Positions 62,561 to 64,000 of a stretch of 64,000 nucleotides of DNA are shown one piece after another. The notes below the pieces were generated by a model. That model did no database searches. It was not told the origin of the DNA and saw only the letters and a list, made by a program, of their open reading frames with translations. Source of the DNA: Candidatus Bathyarchaeota archaeon (GTDB lineage Archaea; Thermoproteota; Bathyarchaeia; Bathyarchaeales; Bathycorpusculaceae); NCBI GenBank assembly GCA_963811105.1, contig CAWEPZ010000001.1:51372-115371 (forward strand), read 5' to 3'. Each line of letters begins with the position of its first letter. Within the stretch, counting starts at the first letter, position 1. The position numbers were made by a program, and so were the translations under genes.

Positions 62561-62875
62561 TATTTTGGTTTTCTGAGGATTTTTACTTTGTCAAAGTCGC
62601 AGACGTACTGGAAGCCTCCTATTAGAGGCTTTCATGCTTCTTCAAGCGTCCAGGCAACTTTAACGAGGTAGTCCTGCTCGCCGAAATCCACGAGTTGCGT
62701 GTAACGCATTGTATTCTTGATGTTCTTGTGACCTAGCAATCGCATGATATGGAGGATGTCTTTGGTCTTATGGTAGAGCATAATTCCCTTTCAGTATCTT
62801 AAAGCGTGAAAATGTATCTTCAATAGTTTTGGATTGCTAAGTTTGTGAGCTAAGCTTTTTCTTTGATTACATAGT
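62561..62875 (-). pseudogene. Tyrosine recombinase/integrase C-terminal remnant
   Basis: RKSLAHKLSNPKLLKIHFHALRY*KGIMLYHKTKDILHIMRLLGHKNIKNTMRYTQL (HxLR, LGH, Y) with two internal stops. Confidence 0.88.
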
Positions 62876-63152
62876 AAAGTCCAAGCTCACGCAAGAACTA
62901 AAAGAAGTTCACGTAATATTGAAATTGACCATAAGTCTTAACATCTTCCGCACTGTATTTCACTTTTACCGGATTCGCTAGCAACGGGTCAAACTTTAAC
63001 TCAGTCTTCGATTCCTTCTACAAATTTTCAAACCAATGCTTCCGCCAACAATTAATGATGTTATAGAAGCAACTGCTAAAATAGTCACAATCAAAATAAC
63101 GAGAGGAATTGTTTGAAAATTAATAAAGCAAAACGCTGCTAATTCTACGAAT

Positions 63153-64000
63153 TTATTGTTGTTCCAACCAGTTTCTGGAATTCATCACTGTTTTTCCTGC
63201 AAACTTTAATGTTAGTGCCCCTTCATAGGGGCACTCTTCAACGCACCGTGCACAAAGGATACATCTAGATTCGGTTACATCGCCGCCTTTCTTCTCATAT
63301 ACATCTGTAGCTTGAGTTCGGCAAACACGTTTACAAACGCCACACTTAGTGCATTTTATCTCGTTTTTCTTTAATTTTGTCAATGCCATTTTTTTGAAGG
63401 GCGTAAAGGTGCTAAATAAGGAAATTAATCCGCCCAGTGGGCAAATTCTGCACCAGAACGTCTGTATGCAAAAGCTAAAATCGTTACAACCGCTAATATG
63501 GCTAAATTTATCGAAGTAATGTAGAAGCCAACTATCCAAAGGGCGATTCAGAGGCTATTTCAGAAACATATGAAAACTTCATTTGAGCCCTAAAGCGCTT
63601 TCACCTAATATGCAAAGAGGCTCATTGGACAAACTAAACAGAAAGGCTCATTGAGGGCACCGCTGATGCCTGATTGCCCCGTGGGTCCAGCTGGTGTGGT
63701 GTTTGGAATAAGTTGTGTTCCAAAAATAGCGTATGAAGAAAAAATGACACTAAGAAGTAAGGCAACCGCAAGGATAACATACCGTGACTGAGAAATCGCA
63801 GTATTTGTTTTTTTGGAAAATTGTAGATGCCGCAGCCGTGAAACTTTGCGTAGCCGGGTTAACAAGTCCATGTAAAGACCAAGGGGGCATATCCAACCGC
63901 AAAACGCCTTTCCAAAAATTATGGAGGTAATCAATAGCAAAGCGATAACTATGCCTATTTTTTCCAAACCAGAAGTTGAATATATGGCGGCGTACCCATT
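63153..64000 (-). CDS. NapH/MauN-type membrane 4Fe-4S protein (5' end outside the window; frameshifted)
   Basis: GKAFCGWICPLG, FCLVCP, FWCRICPLG, CTKCGVCKRVC, CILCARCVEECP split over frames. Confidence 0.85.

Noticed and set aside
11412-64000. Frameshifts in nhaP-like, cdc6, HTH, xpb, ldh, lhr (two) and napH-like genes as programmed frameshifting or true pseudogenes
   Set aside because: These are single-base indels in otherwise intact conserved genes, with no shared slippery motif. Long-read or assembly error is the simplest explanation; read polishing would decide.

Overview
This is a ~40% GC archaeal chromosomal segment. The gene content (TFS, NucS, Orc1/Cdc6, XPB plus DUF790, Lhr, ApgM, membrane-anchored ArsR, an eL22-like protein, expanded ~880-aa PQQ-like beta-propeller surface proteins) suggests Bathyarchaeia; this is inference. 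A housekeeping core (~14-35 kb) is flanked by accessory regions rich in small stress-type genes, secreted or surface proteins, and decayed gene fragments. The main finding is a 24-bp palindrome, TGT-N3-TGY-N6-RCA-N3-ACA (ideal form TGTGACTGT-N6-ACAGTCACA), found by eye 12 times. It always lies ~4 bp upstream of a TATA-like box and usually 45-52 bp before a start codon. Its targets include csbD-like, lmo0937-like, tfs, several Zn-finger microproteins, tatA and a Tat-exported multicopper oxidase, which makes it a candidate undescribed archaeal general-stress regulon. Other notable items: (1) a tatA / S53 peptidase / multicopper oxidase locus whose two enzymes share a surface module; (2) six tRNA-3'-end-like sites and three tyrosine-integrase remnants, including an exact 23-bp repeat bracketing a surface-protein gene. 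Many single-base frameshifts in core genes are most likely sequencing indels. I saw no complete tRNA, rRNA or CRISPR array.
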